A DNA stretch of 64,000 nt from Candidatus Babeliales bacterium (GTDB lineage Bacteria > Babelota > Babeliae > Babelales > JANWKD01): assembly GCA_963762115.1 (NCBI GenBank), contig CAVXJH010000003.1, positions 1 to 64,000 of the forward strand, given 5' to 3'. Shown piece after piece: positions 30,548-40,601 of the stretch; position 1 is the first letter of the stretch; each line of letters starts with the position of its first letter. The notes beneath the pieces were generated by a model. The model made no database searches. It was not told the DNA's origin and worked only from the letters and a program-made list of their open reading frames with translations. The position numbers and the translations under genes were made by a program.

Positions 30548-31027
30548 TTAGTGAATTTGTATGATATCACCATTAGTTAAATTTTGTAAATCAATGGGTT
30601 TGAGGCTGAATACGGCATTAGGTGTACCGGCGGCTGCCCATCCTTCTTCAAAATTCATTAAATCTTTATCAATAAAAGTTTTGATTGTTTGTTTATGGCC
30701 AATTGGCGGTATGCCACCAATTGCAAACCCGGTTACTTCGCGGGTAAAATCTGCATCTGCTTTTACAATTTTTTCACCAAGTATCGTTTCAATCATTGAT
30801 TCATTTACGCGGTTTGGGCCACTTGCAAGAATAAGAATCGGCGAGTTGCTCTCTTTTGTTTTGAATATGAGTGATTTGACTATTTGATCTATTTTGCATC
30901 CAATTGCTTGTGCTGCTTCTTGAGCGGTTCGTGTGCTTGCTGGAAGTTCAATCACGGTTGTTTGAATTCCTTTTTGATCTAACGCGTTTTGTACGCTTTG
31001 CGCGCTTTTGCTTAATTTTTTATCCAT
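30548..31027 (-). CDS. YbaK/EbsC family aminoacyl-tRNA deacylase
   Basis: STRTAQEAAQAIGC, QIVKSLIF, TGFAIGGIPPIGH, WAAAGTPNAVF. Confidence 0.93.
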   Translation of the reverse strand: MDKKLSKSAQSVQNALDQKGIQTTVIELPASTRTAQEAAQAIGCKIDQIVKSLIFKTKESNSPILILASGPNRVNESMIETILGEKIVKADADFTREVTGFAIGGIPPIGHKQTIKTFIDKDLMNFEEGWAAAGTPNAVFSLKPIDLQNLTNGDIIQIH

Positions 31028-31065
31028 ATTGAAACCTGTTTCTTGTAAAATGAGAAATACAACAT

Positions 31066-32034
31066 TTAAATAATTTCGAAATGGTCCTTCAGGTTGTTTT
31101 TTAATTCATAGTCATCTAAAAAAGAAGCAATTGTTTTGCATCGCTTCATATATTCATCATATTTTTGTGCAGCCAAATGGTCATGAATATTGTTTTGTTT
31201 TAAAGCACTATATAAGTCAGCTGATTGTAGCATCCAGTTTGTCATTGTTCCTGGCTTACCTGTTGCCAATTCATCATCAAGGAGTGTTTTAAACTCATGA
31301 TCAGGTGACCATTGAGCGCCGGTGTTAAGTAACATTTTTACTATTTCCAAACCTATGTCACTGGCAAGAAAGGGAATAAAGGTAAAAGTATGAAACAATA
31401 CGCTTATTCCACGATGATTACGATAATTAGGATCAATACCTAAAGCTAATGTTGCTTTCAATCCAGCAATATTTCCCTGTTCTATGTCAGCAAACAGCTC
31501 ATAATATGCGGCTTGTTTACAGCATATATCAACATTGGAAAGATTTTGATCTGTTATGTGCATAAATAACAAATCTGATTTTTCTTTTCTTTTATATTTT
31601 AATTCTAGTGCATCAACAAAAGGTATTAATTGTTTACAATGAAAGCTAAATCGAAGATTTTGAGTGCAATTTATCATCCAATGTGATTTTAAAAATTGCG
31701 TCATTGTTTCCTGACGTATAATTTCTACATTATTAATTACAAGGCTATCTTCGACTGTATATGGCCATTGTGCATCTGCTTCTAAAAGAAGTTCTAACAA
31801 TTCTAAAGACGTTTGATAATAAAAGTGCTCAAGAAGAACATTTCTCAAAAAAGGAAAGCCGAGGTATTTTTCATTAACATCAAAATCTTGAGCAATTATA
31901 TTTTTGATTTCCTTAACATTACCAAATTTAATTGCTTGATTAAACGATGTTGCCAAATCCTGCTTGTAAGTATTCTCGTGTGCATAAGTTGTGATGATGA
32001 CGGTGATACCCATCAATAACGATAGACATTTCAT
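31066..32034 (-). CDS. Secreted ankyrin-repeat protein (two duplicated ankyrin-pair modules)
   Basis: AIKFGNVKEIKNIIAQDFDVN..LELLLEADAQW and GNIAGLKATLALGIDPNYRNHRG..IVKMLLNTGAQW. Confidence 0.75.
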   Translation of the reverse strand: MKCLSLLMGITVIITTYAHENTYKQDLATSFNQAIKFGNVKEIKNIIAQDFDVNEKYLGFPFLRNVLLEHFYYQTSLELLELLLEADAQWPYTVEDSLVINNVEIIRQETMTQFLKSHWMINCTQNLRFSFHCKQLIPFVDALELKYKRKEKSDLLFMHITDQNLSNVDICCKQAAYYELFADIEQGNIAGLKATLALGIDPNYRNHRGISVLFHTFTFIPFLASDIGLEIVKMLLNTGAQWSPDHEFKTLLDDELATGKPGTMTNWMLQSADLYSALKQNNIHDHLAAQKYDEYMKRCKTIASFLDDYELKNNLKDHFEII

Positions 32035-32329
32035 ACCATTATTTCCTTTATTCTGTTATTTGCCTTGATATAGTCGGGTTAATTAGGTGTAAAGGATACA
32101 GGATAATTGGAACTTTAGCTATTTTTATTTATGATAGAAATGTTAAAAATCTGAATTTATTTTTTATCAAGCAATCCATTAAGATAAGCTTCAAGTTGAT
32201 TTTCATTTGAAAAATGAAGTGACTCCCCTGAATATTCTTTTATTAAATGAGTATATTATTTTTGAGTTAAGAGATGCCAAATTTCAAAAAGATATAGATA
32301 TACAGAAATTGGCTTTTACTTTTTGGGCG

Positions 32330-34391
32330 TTAAAATTCAAGGTTTTTAAAACTTCGTATTTTAATTTTGGCCATCGAATTGCTCATAATTGGCAGTATTT
32401 CTTGTTGTGCGGGGTTGTGGCGCGTTTCAATAACATTTGACATGGCTGTCTTAATGCAACTTGGTAGTGCAGCATAAAGTTTATAAGATTCAGTTGGTAA
32501 TGGATTTCCTGATGGCAAAAATGAATGTATTGTTAACGGTGTTTCTCTGTTATAGCATTGTGCAATAAAAGCTGATTGATTGGCAGAAAGTTTTTTACTT
32601 TTTTTAATCACTTTTTTAGAATTTGCAAAAGGACCTATAAGTAAAATTCTGCTTGCAACAGCTTTTGCGGTATAAAGCCCATTGTTGGCATGAGCGGTTT
32701 CATAGGAAGTTTTTTTATTGACTAATGGTGGCCATGTAGGCCAATGATTAACATTATCAGAGGAAGTGCAATTAAAAATCTCTGTGGAAGTTTCTTGATT
32801 ATGAAGAATAATATGAGGTTTTTGTTTTTTATTGGAAACGAGCATGCCCGACGAGTAGCCCATTTGTGGTAATATATAGATAAAAAAATTTCTTTTTTCT
32901 AGGTCGAAAACATGCATTTCTTGATCAGAACTAGTGACTGGTGTGCCATCAAAAGAGAATTCAAAATTACCGGGGAATTCAGTTGGGAAAGGAATTTTGC
33001 ATGTAAGGGTATATCTTTGATGAGAATTAGTATCTTCTTGAAGATTCCAAAGTTCAATTGTTGCATTGGCATAGTCCCTCCAAGTTTTTTCATCGTGTGA
33101 AATTACAAGAAGATCTTTTGTATGGGGAGTGAAATTAAAATCAATAATAGCTTGTTCACTGGTAATACAATATTTTTTACCAGTTTTGGTATTCATAAGA
33201 GCAATTTCATGAGGGCTGTCAGTAAAATAGGCGAATGTTTTTCCATCAGGAGAAAAACCAAACCGTTTTTTCTTGCTTATAGAGTATCGATAATGAGTTG
33301 CCAATTTTCTTGAAAAATTCTTTAGATCGCTCAAAAAAATTTTCGTTTCTCCGTGATCATTCATAAAGGCTGCAAGCATAGTCCCATCATGATTCATTAT
33401 GGGTTTCCAAAAATGTCCATCAACTCTTTTTAATGGTGTATTTTGAGTTACTTTCCCTATATCAAGGGGATATTCTGTTGAAAAATAATGTATTACTTCA
33501 TCGCCCAGGGCAAATGTAGACTCATCATCGCTCATGCAAAAGAATGTTGAAATTGAATCTGAAAAACATGAGTCGGAATTATAACGTGTATCAATTTCTT
33601 TTACTAACTTGGTAGTTTTAGTGTTCCATAGTTTTAATTTACCTTCTCTATCAAGCGAAATAAGATAAGAATGTTGTGGAGAAAAAGTGATTTTTTCAAA
33701 ACGTTTTTTACTATTTCTTATTAATTTTGTGATTGGTGTAGTTAATTGAGTAATGGGTGAAGCTTTTTCATGAGAACGATTTAGAATGCTTGAGCTTATT
33801 AACGCATCTATTTCTTTAGGAAGTTGTGCATGAAGCGATGCCCATGATTGTTGTGTATATTCTTTTATATGTCGTTTTGCATACGCTGCTTACAGCAGCA
33901 TCTAATAATGATTTGCAAGCAAGATAGTTTGCTGCATCGAGAATTTCTATGAGTTCTTCTTGAGAGCAGGTGTTAAATTGCATAAAAAGATGATCTAAGT
34001 CTTGATATAAGGGGAGGGCTATAAGTTGAAGATATTTTTCTTCTTGTTCATTCTCTTCTTGATCATTTTTAAAAAATGCCTGAGATAAAATAGTGTAGCG
34101 GGTTATTATTGCATCATAACTTTTTAGTAGCGCGATAATTTTTTGTAAGGTCGGTGTTGAAATATTTTGTAAGCAAATTGGCTTATCGCTATTTTCTGTA
34201 AGTTTAATCATTGCATTGAGTTGTGAGCAATGGGCAATTATTTCTTGATCAACTAAAAAAACTGCCTTTTTATCGCCTGATTTCAGGCGAACTTTTTTTT
34301 TTTGTTCTTTGATGACATTTTCTTCCATTGCTTGAACAGATAAAGTATAAAAAACTAAAAGGCTAAAAAATAAAATACGATAGGTAATCAT
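32330..34391 (-). pseudogene. Frameshifted secreted Skp1/BTB + F-box-like + WD40 propeller protein (~686 aa if repaired)
   Basis: N-part: VQA-MEE, VRLKSGD..FLVDQEI, ICLQNISTPTLQKII, LIEILDAANYL. Removing one base near 33890 gives an open frame ..LPKEIDALISSSIL..FSPQHSYLISLDREGKLKLWN.. that runs into ORF 32330-33535. Confidence 0.85.
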
Positions 34392-34552
34392 GAATAGTTT
34401 TCTTTTGGTTATTACAATAATTACTATTTTTTAAAAATAAAACATAATAAACTTTCATAATAATAAGTACATTATTCATGCAATTTGTCAATAAAGTTTA
34501 GTTAGCATTGCTTAATACACAATAAATAGTATCTTTTGACGTTATTGTTTAA

Positions 34553-35356
34553 TTAAAAAAGTTTATAAAATAAACAATCAGGTAATAATTTAAAGAGCCA
34601 TGCAATTAACCGCCAACGATGTGTAATATATGCATGAGAAGATTTACTCTCTATTGCGGCATAAATTTGTTCGGCAGCTTTTTCAGGAGTAGAGCGCCAA
34701 AAACTAATTGATTCGCCCATTGCGGTATCAACAGCTCCAGGTTCAATAGTGGTAATAACAATATTTTTCTTATTACGAATTGCATATGCTCTTAATCCTT
34801 CAAGATAATTAGAAACAAAAGCTTTAGAAGCACTATAAATAGAGGCATCGGGAATTCCTCGCAAAGCAGCAATTGATGAAATGCCAACAAGATGCCCGTA
34901 TCCTTGTTGAAAAAAGTATTGCATAGATTCTTGGGCCAAAGCTGCAAAACCAAGCACATTGACCATTATAGTTTCTTTCTGTTCGTGCCAAGACCACATA
35001 TTCATTGTTCCAACACCGGCATTTAAAATAACAAGATCAACATTTCCCATTTTTTTTATTAATTTTCTTAAGACATTTTGTGAATGCTCCGGTTCTTTAA
35101 TATCCATATAATGAATGTATGATTTTCCCGATAATTCTTGTTGCAATGATTCCAGCAAGTGTTTTCTTCTGCCGGTTAAGCCAACAATATAACCTGATTG
35201 TGATAATTTTTTTGCCAATGCTCTACCAATTCCCGAAGTTGCACCGATAATAATAGCATTTTTTTGGACAAGGGATGTTTTTTTTGAAAAAGATATCAAA
35301 ATTAATAAAGAAAATAGACCAATAATAAAAAATAAAAATAGTTTTTTTTTATTCAT
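34553..35356 (-). CDS. Short-chain dehydrogenase/reductase
   Basis: GATSGIG, LNAG, YSASK, IEPGAVDT; N-terminal membrane anchor or signal. Confidence 0.93.
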   Translation of the reverse strand: MNKKKLFLFFIIGLFSLLILISFSKKTSLVQKNAIIIGATSGIGRALAKKLSQSGYIVGLTGRRKHLLESLQQELSGKSYIHYMDIKEPEHSQNVLRKLIKKMGNVDLVILNAGVGTMNMWSWHEQKETIMVNVLGFAALAQESMQYFFQQGYGHLVGISSIAALRGIPDASIYSASKAFVSNYLEGLRAYAIRNKKNIVITTIEPGAVDTAMGESISFWRSTPEKAAEQIYAAIESKSSHAYITHRWRLIAWLFKLLPDCLFYKLF

Positions 35357-35520
35357 AATAAGCCTTTAGGTTGTAGTGTCCTTTGTATCATATTAGTATA
35401 ATTCTTAAATTGGGTTTCAGATTTGTACCGATCTTTTGGTTTTGCCTTACAAAAGGTAAAATACCTATCTTGACGTTACTGTTTAATTATGTGCTGAAAA
35501 ACAGAAATGACAACCATGTT

Positions 35521-35713
35521 TTTCATGTAGAATCGATTGATGCTATAAAATATGCTTGCTTGTGGTATTATTTTCTATAGCGATTACACTATAGGATAAT
35601 TTTATTAAAGCGCATATAAATAAATATAGAGGGAATTTTATGATTTTAGGGAAAATAATATTAGGACCATTTTTTGTAATTTTATTGTGCACAGCCTCTA
35701 TGTATGCAATGGA
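35521..35713 (+). repeat. Promoter+RBS+signal-peptide cassette, copy 2
   Basis: About 80% identical to 24950-25141, one 1-nt indel. Confidence 0.9.
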
Positions 35714-36158
35714 ATTGGATGATGTGAGTGTTGATAGCGATCCTATGTGGCAGCAGCAGATGCAAGATTGTGAAGAGAAAGGAAAAGAGATTACTAGAAT
35801 GCAAGAAGAACTTAGAAAAAACTATGTACAACAAAAAGAGAAAATGGCTAGAAAGCGTCAAAAAAAAATGGAAGAATTTGACAGAAGAATGCAAGAGGAA
35901 AATGAGAGGCATGATCAGTGGAAGAGAGAGATGGCTGAGGAAGAGTTATCTATTGTAAGAGTGTTAGATGACATAAGAAAAGAGTCGAATCAAAAAATTA
36001 GCTTTGTTATAAGTGAACTTATGAAAGCACATAATACATTCATGAAAGAGAAACAAATTCCCTTCAGTATACGAAAAAAGTTAGTAATTGAAAGCACAAT
36101 AGATGATATTTTAATAATGTTTAAAATGAACGAAGAAAGAATACGAAATCAAAAATAA
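35640..36158 (+). CDS. Secreted charged coiled-coil protein
   Basis: Signal peptide ending MYA-ME; E/K/R/Q/M-rich helix. Confidence 0.8.
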   Translation: MILGKIILGPFFVILLCTASMYAMELDDVSVDSDPMWQQQMQDCEEKGKEITRMQEELRKNYVQQKEKMARKRQKKMEEFDRRMQEENERHDQWKREMAEEELSIVRVLDDIRKESNQKISFVISELMKAHNTFMKEKQIPFSIRKKLVIESTIDDILIMFKMNEERIRNQK

Positions 36159-36247
36159 GTTTTGTAACTTATTTTTTTTCTTGACGTGCTAAGTAAATTT
36201 TTTGTTCTCTAGGTATATAAATTTATACCGAAGGGAGAACACTAACT

Positions 36248-36808
36248 ATGAAAACGCATAGTGTTATTATCAGTATTTTTTGTTGCATTGCAGGATATTG
36301 GGTATATGAGCATTATGTGCCTTGTGTAGCAAGTTCACAGGAGATTATTATGAAATTAACGAGTCCAGCATTTGAGAACCAGTCAAAATTGCCTATTGAT
36401 TATACTTGTCATGGTAAAAATAGTAATCCTCCTTTGCTCATACAAGGTGTGCCTGCAGAAGCAAAAAGTCTTGTTTTGATAATGTCGGATCCGGATGCAC
36501 CACAACCACAACCATGGATTCATTGGGTGCTTTTTAATATTTCTCCAAAAACGACAGAAATTAATGAAGCAGCCCCGCATGCCATGTTAGAAAGTGCTAA
36601 GCGGGGTAAAAATTCTGCACAAACGTTGGAATATTATGGCGCTTGTCCGCCACAAGGTCATGGCATACATCACTATCATTTTATGTTGTATGCTTTAGAT
36701 GAATTGCTAGGTTTGCAAGAAGGTGTTTCGTATGAAGAAATTAAAGAAGCCATGCAAGGACACATAATAGCACAAGCAGATTTAGTTGGTCTTTACGAAA
36801 CGAAATAA
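36248..36808 (+). CDS. YbhB/YbcL family PEBP (Raf kinase inhibitor-like) protein
   Basis: MKLTSPAF, SLVLIMSDPDAP, WIHWVLFNI, YYGACPPQGHGIHHYHFMLYALD. Confidence 0.93.
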   Translation: MKTHSVIISIFCCIAGYWVYEHYVPCVASSQEIIMKLTSPAFENQSKLPIDYTCHGKNSNPPLLIQGVPAEAKSLVLIMSDPDAPQPQPWIHWVLFNISPKTTEINEAAPHAMLESAKRGKNSAQTLEYYGACPPQGHGIHHYHFMLYALDELLGLQEGVSYEEIKEAMQGHIIAQADLVGLYETK

Positions 36809-36815
36809 TGATTTT

Positions 36816-39206
36816 ATGAATTATATAAAAAAGTTACAGGAAATTACGTTACAAGATGTTCCCTTGGTTGGTGGTAAAACAGCGTCATTGGGTGAGATGA
36901 TACGAACGTTATCATCGTCTGGGTTTCGTGTTCCTGATGGTTTTGCTATTACGGCAAAAGCGTATTGGCATTATCTTGATGCTAATCATTTACGTGAAAA
37001 AATTGATAACGTCATGCAAACATTGCCTGATAGTGCCGATGAGCAACAATTGCAAAAAGTTGGCAAAGAAATCAGAGCATTATTTATGCAAGGGACTATT
37101 CCTGAAGATCTCAAACAAGAAATTATAGTTGCTTATAAGCAATTATCAAAAGAATATAATGAGCGTTTATTAGCAGTTGCTGTTCGTTCATCAGCCACCG
37201 CAGAAGATTTGCCAGGGGCTTCGTTTGCAGGGCAGCAAGAGACCTTTTTGCATATTAAAGGTATTGATGCATTGTTGCAAGCATGTAAAGGATGCCTTGC
37301 ATCGCTTTTTACTGATCGTGCAATTGTGTATCGTATTTCAAAAAATTTTGACTATCGAAAAATTGCTCTTACTATTGCTGTGCAAAAAATGGTTAGATCT
37401 GATAAGGCTTGTTCGGGTGTTGGTTTTTCGTTGGATACTGAAACTGGATTTAAAGACGTTATTATTCTTAACGCATCATATGGGCTTGGTGAAGCTATTG
37501 TGCAAGGACAAGTTACCCCCGATGAGTATCATCTTTTTAAACCAACGTTGAAAGAAGGTTATGTAGCAATTATAGCAAAAAAAGTGGGTGGTAAAGAAAA
37601 AAAATTAGTGTATGGAAAAACACAAGAACATCCTACCATGTGGAAAAAAGTTGTTCGCAAAGAACAAAATCAGTTTTGTTTAACTGATGAAGAAATTCTT
37701 GAACTCGGAAAATCAATAATGCTTATTGAAGAACATTATTCTGAACTGCATCAGAAATGGACGCCGATGGATGTTGAATGGGCAAAAGATGGTAATGATG
37801 GATTATTATATATTTTACAAGCTCGGCCAGAAACAGTGCATGCGCTTGAAAATAAGTCTCGATTATTTGAGCAAACTATTTTGAAAACAAAAAATCCAAA
37901 AATTATTTTGCAGGGTCAAAGTATTGGTCAAAAAATTGCGCAAGGAAAAGTAAAAGTAATAGATTCCATACAGCAATTTGCTCAATTTGCTCAAGGCGAT
38001 GTTTTAGTCACCATAATGACTGATCCTGATTGGTTGCCATTGCTCAAAAAAGCGAGTGCTATTATCACGGATTCAGGAGGTCGCACTTGTCATGCAGCAA
38101 TTGTGAGTCGAGAATTAGGAATTCCAGCATTAATTGGCACTAAAAATGCAACAAAAATATTGCAAAATAATGCAGAAATCACGGTTGATTGTAGCCAAGG
38201 AAGCACTGGTTATGTCTATGAAGGTGCGGTTGCATTTGACGTTGAAAAAATTGATATAACGGCATTAGCTAAACCGCCTGTTGATGTTATGGTGAATCTT
38301 GGTGATCCTGCGCAGGCATTTTCTGTTTCACAATTGCCCTATCTTTCGGGGGTTGGATTAGCTCGTTTAGAGTTTATTATTGCTTCATCAATTCAGGTTC
38401 ATCCAATGGCATGTATTCATGATGAAATGATAGTAGATAAAAAAGTGCAAAAAAAAATTAGAAATTGTATGCAGGCATTTTCATCAGGTAAAGATTTTTT
38501 TGTTGATACATTAAGTTATGGGATTGCAATGATTGCAGCGGCGTTTTATCCAAAGCCGGTGTTAGTAAGATTTTCAGATTTTAAAACAAATGAATATAGG
38601 AACTTGTTGGGAGGTTCTTATTTTGAACCTGAAGAAAACAATCCTATGTTGGGATTGCGCGGTGCTTCACGTTATTATAGTTCTTTATATCAAGAAGCAT
38701 TCGCGCTTGAATGCGCTGCTTTAAAAAAGGTACGTGATGAAATAGGCTTAACGAATGTCATCGCGATGATTCCTTTTGTGCGAACAATGGTGGAAGCAGA
38801 AAATGTTATAAGCAGCATGAAGAAAAATGGGTTAAAGCAAAGCCTTGATGGTTTAAGAGTGTATATGATGCTTGAGATTCCTTCGAATGTGATGTTAATT
38901 GATCAGTTTTGTGCGTTGTTCGATGGTTTTTCAATTGGCTCCAATGATTTGACACAATTTACTTTGGCTGTTGATCGTGATTCATCAGTTTTGGCAGATC
39001 TTTTTGATGAACGTGATCAAGCAGTAAAAAAAATGATTTCTTTGGCAATTGCCGGTGCCCTTAAGCATAAAAAACCAATTGGTGTTTGTGGGCAAGCGCC
39101 ATCAGATTATCCTGAAATGGCAGAGTTTTTTATTGATGAAGGAGTCACTTCTTTATCATTGAATCCTGATGCTGTGCTACCATTTTTACTTTCATTGAAT
39201 TCATGA
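36816..39206 (+). CDS. ppsA: Phosphoenolpyruvate synthase (pyruvate, water dikinase)
   Basis: VGGKTASLGEM, VRSSATAEDLP.ASFAGQQET, GGRTCHAAIVSRE, FSIGSNDLTQ; likely start is the ATG at 36816. Confidence 0.96.
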   Translation: MNYIKKLQEITLQDVPLVGGKTASLGEMIRTLSSSGFRVPDGFAITAKAYWHYLDANHLREKIDNVMQTLPDSADEQQLQKVGKEIRALFMQGTIPEDLKQEIIVAYKQLSKEYNERLLAVAVRSSATAEDLPGASFAGQQETFLHIKGIDALLQACKGCLASLFTDRAIVYRISKNFDYRKIALTIAVQKMVRSDKACSGVGFSLDTETGFKDVIILNASYGLGEAIVQGQVTPDEYHLFKPTLKEGYVAIIAKKVGGKEKKLVYGKTQEHPTMWKKVVRKEQNQFCLTDEEILELGKSIMLIEEHYSELHQKWTPMDVEWAKDGNDGLLYILQARPETVHALENKSRLFEQTILKTKNPKIILQGQSIGQKIAQGKVKVIDSIQQFAQFAQGDVLVTIMTDPDWLPLLKKASAIITDSGGRTCHAAIVSRELGIPALIGTKNATKILQNNAEITVDCSQGSTGYVYEGAVAFDVEKIDITALAKPPVDVMVNLGDPAQAFSVSQLPYLSGVGLARLEFIIASSIQVHPMACIHDEMIVDKKVQKKIRNCMQAFSSGKDFFVDTLSYGIAMIAAAFYPKPVLVRFSDFKTNEYRNLLGGSYFEPEENNPMLGLRGASRYYSSLYQEAFALECAALKKVRDEIGLTNVIAMIPFVRTMVEAENVISSMKKNGLKQSLDGLRVYMMLEIPSNVMLIDQFCALFDGFSIGSNDLTQFTLAVDRDSSVLADLFDERDQAVKKMISLAIAGALKHKKPIGVCGQAPSDYPEMAEFFIDEGVTSLSLNPDAVLPFLLSLNS

Positions 39207-39264
39207 TAAAATAAATAAGTAATAAAATTTTTGAATGTACATTAAACACCAATAAGGAGAAACA

Positions 39265-40503
39265 ATAAAAATAAATATTATTATTTTTGTACTTATTTTT
39301 GTTGGTGGGTTGCAATGCATGGAAGATCAAAAAGATTTTTCTTTTTTTTATGATCGTGTGGAAGATTTGGATGCTGTTGAAGCATATCCAAATTCTCCAT
39401 TTTTTGAAATGGATACAGAACAGTCAATGAATTTTCCAAGTATTCAACAAGATGAGCATAAAAATCATGTTGCACAAACACCTATAATTAATCAAAATGT
39501 ATTGTCTGAGATATCTGAACATCCCCTAAAAAAAAGAAAAGCATCTATTTTTGAATCAGAAGGAGTCCCAAGTGATTCAGTTGATGTAAATACTGTTCGT
39601 TTTACTAGAGAATCTAAAAGTCCAAAGAAAAAAATAAAAAAAACTACATTGGAGCATTTTAATGATCCAAGTATTCCCGATGATTTTAAATGTTTCGAAT
39701 GTAAAGTTGGTTATACCGCTAAAAGTGGAAAGAATTATCATTTAAAGCGAGCGCACACAATTTCTCCGAGTAATATGTGTATTGAATGTGGTTTTATAGT
39801 TAGTAAAAATCAAGAAAAAACGCATGGACGTTTTCATGATTCAATTATTTCGGATGAACTTAAATGTTTTGAATGCAAGGTTGGTTTTTTATATAAAAAT
39901 GAGATAAAACAACATTTCATGCAAAAAGTGCATAAAAATTCTAAAAGTTTTGTACCAGAAGAATTTAAAAGTTCCAATCGTCCAAAAAAAATTACCTTGG
40001 ATCGTTTTTATGATCCAAGTACCCCCGATAAATATAAATGTTTCGCATGTAAAGCTGGATTTAAAAATAAAGGTGCAATAAATTATCATTTGGTACAAGA
40101 GCACAAAACTTCTCTTAATAGTACTTGTAAAGACTGTGGTTATATAATCAGCAGAAATGAAGAAAAAGATCATGCGTTTTTTCATGATTCAACTATTTCA
40201 GATGAATTAAAATGTTTTGAATGTAAAGTTGGTTTTCTATATAAGAAAGAAATCAAAAAACATTTGGAACGATCAGTGCATCAAAGTTCTAATACCTGTT
40301 ATTGTGGTTATAAGATTATTTGGAATCGTGCAAAGATACATGAGCTTTTTCATGATTCAACTATTCCAGAGAATCTTAAATGTTTTACGTGTAAGGTTGG
40401 GTTTGAGAAACAAGCTAGAATTAACCACCATTTAATATATGTGCACAAAATTTCTCCCCATACTCCTGAAGCCATAAAATTTTTGGCACAAAAAGGTGCA
40501 TGA
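39265..40503 (+). CDS. Secreted C2H2 zinc-finger repeat protein with NLS-like motifs; apparent ATA start
   Basis: AAGGAG RBS then in-frame ATA-AAA-ATA.. (IKINIIIFVLIFVGGLQC-MED); PLKKRK and PKKKIKK; eight C-x1-2-C..H..H units. Confidence 0.85.
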   Translation: MKINIIIFVLIFVGGLQCMEDQKDFSFFYDRVEDLDAVEAYPNSPFFEMDTEQSMNFPSIQQDEHKNHVAQTPIINQNVLSEISEHPLKKRKASIFESEGVPSDSVDVNTVRFTRESKSPKKKIKKTTLEHFNDPSIPDDFKCFECKVGYTAKSGKNYHLKRAHTISPSNMCIECGFIVSKNQEKTHGRFHDSIISDELKCFECKVGFLYKNEIKQHFMQKVHKNSKSFVPEEFKSSNRPKKITLDRFYDPSTPDKYKCFACKAGFKNKGAINYHLVQEHKTSLNSTCKDCGYIISRNEEKDHAFFHDSTISDELKCFECKVGFLYKKEIKKHLERSVHQSSNTCYCGYKIIWNRAKIHELFHDSTIPENLKCFTCKVGFEKQARINHHLIYVHKISPHTPEAIKFLAQKGA

Positions 40504-40601
40504 AATATTTTAAACATTTTTAAGCGTTTGTATTTTTTTATTTTTATTTTATTCTTAAAGTTGTTTGGTAGATTTAAATGTTATAACAGAAAGAAATACG
40601 C

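Noticed and set aside
32207..32440. Short ORFs 32207-32440, 35383-35580 and 44372-44584
   Set aside because: No RBS or recognisable motifs; they overlap a real gene end, the promoter cassette or tRNA-Phe.
33816..33830. CaaX-like end CTTS of ORF 33816-34391
   Set aside because: It lies in the out-of-frame tail after the frameshift at ~33890.
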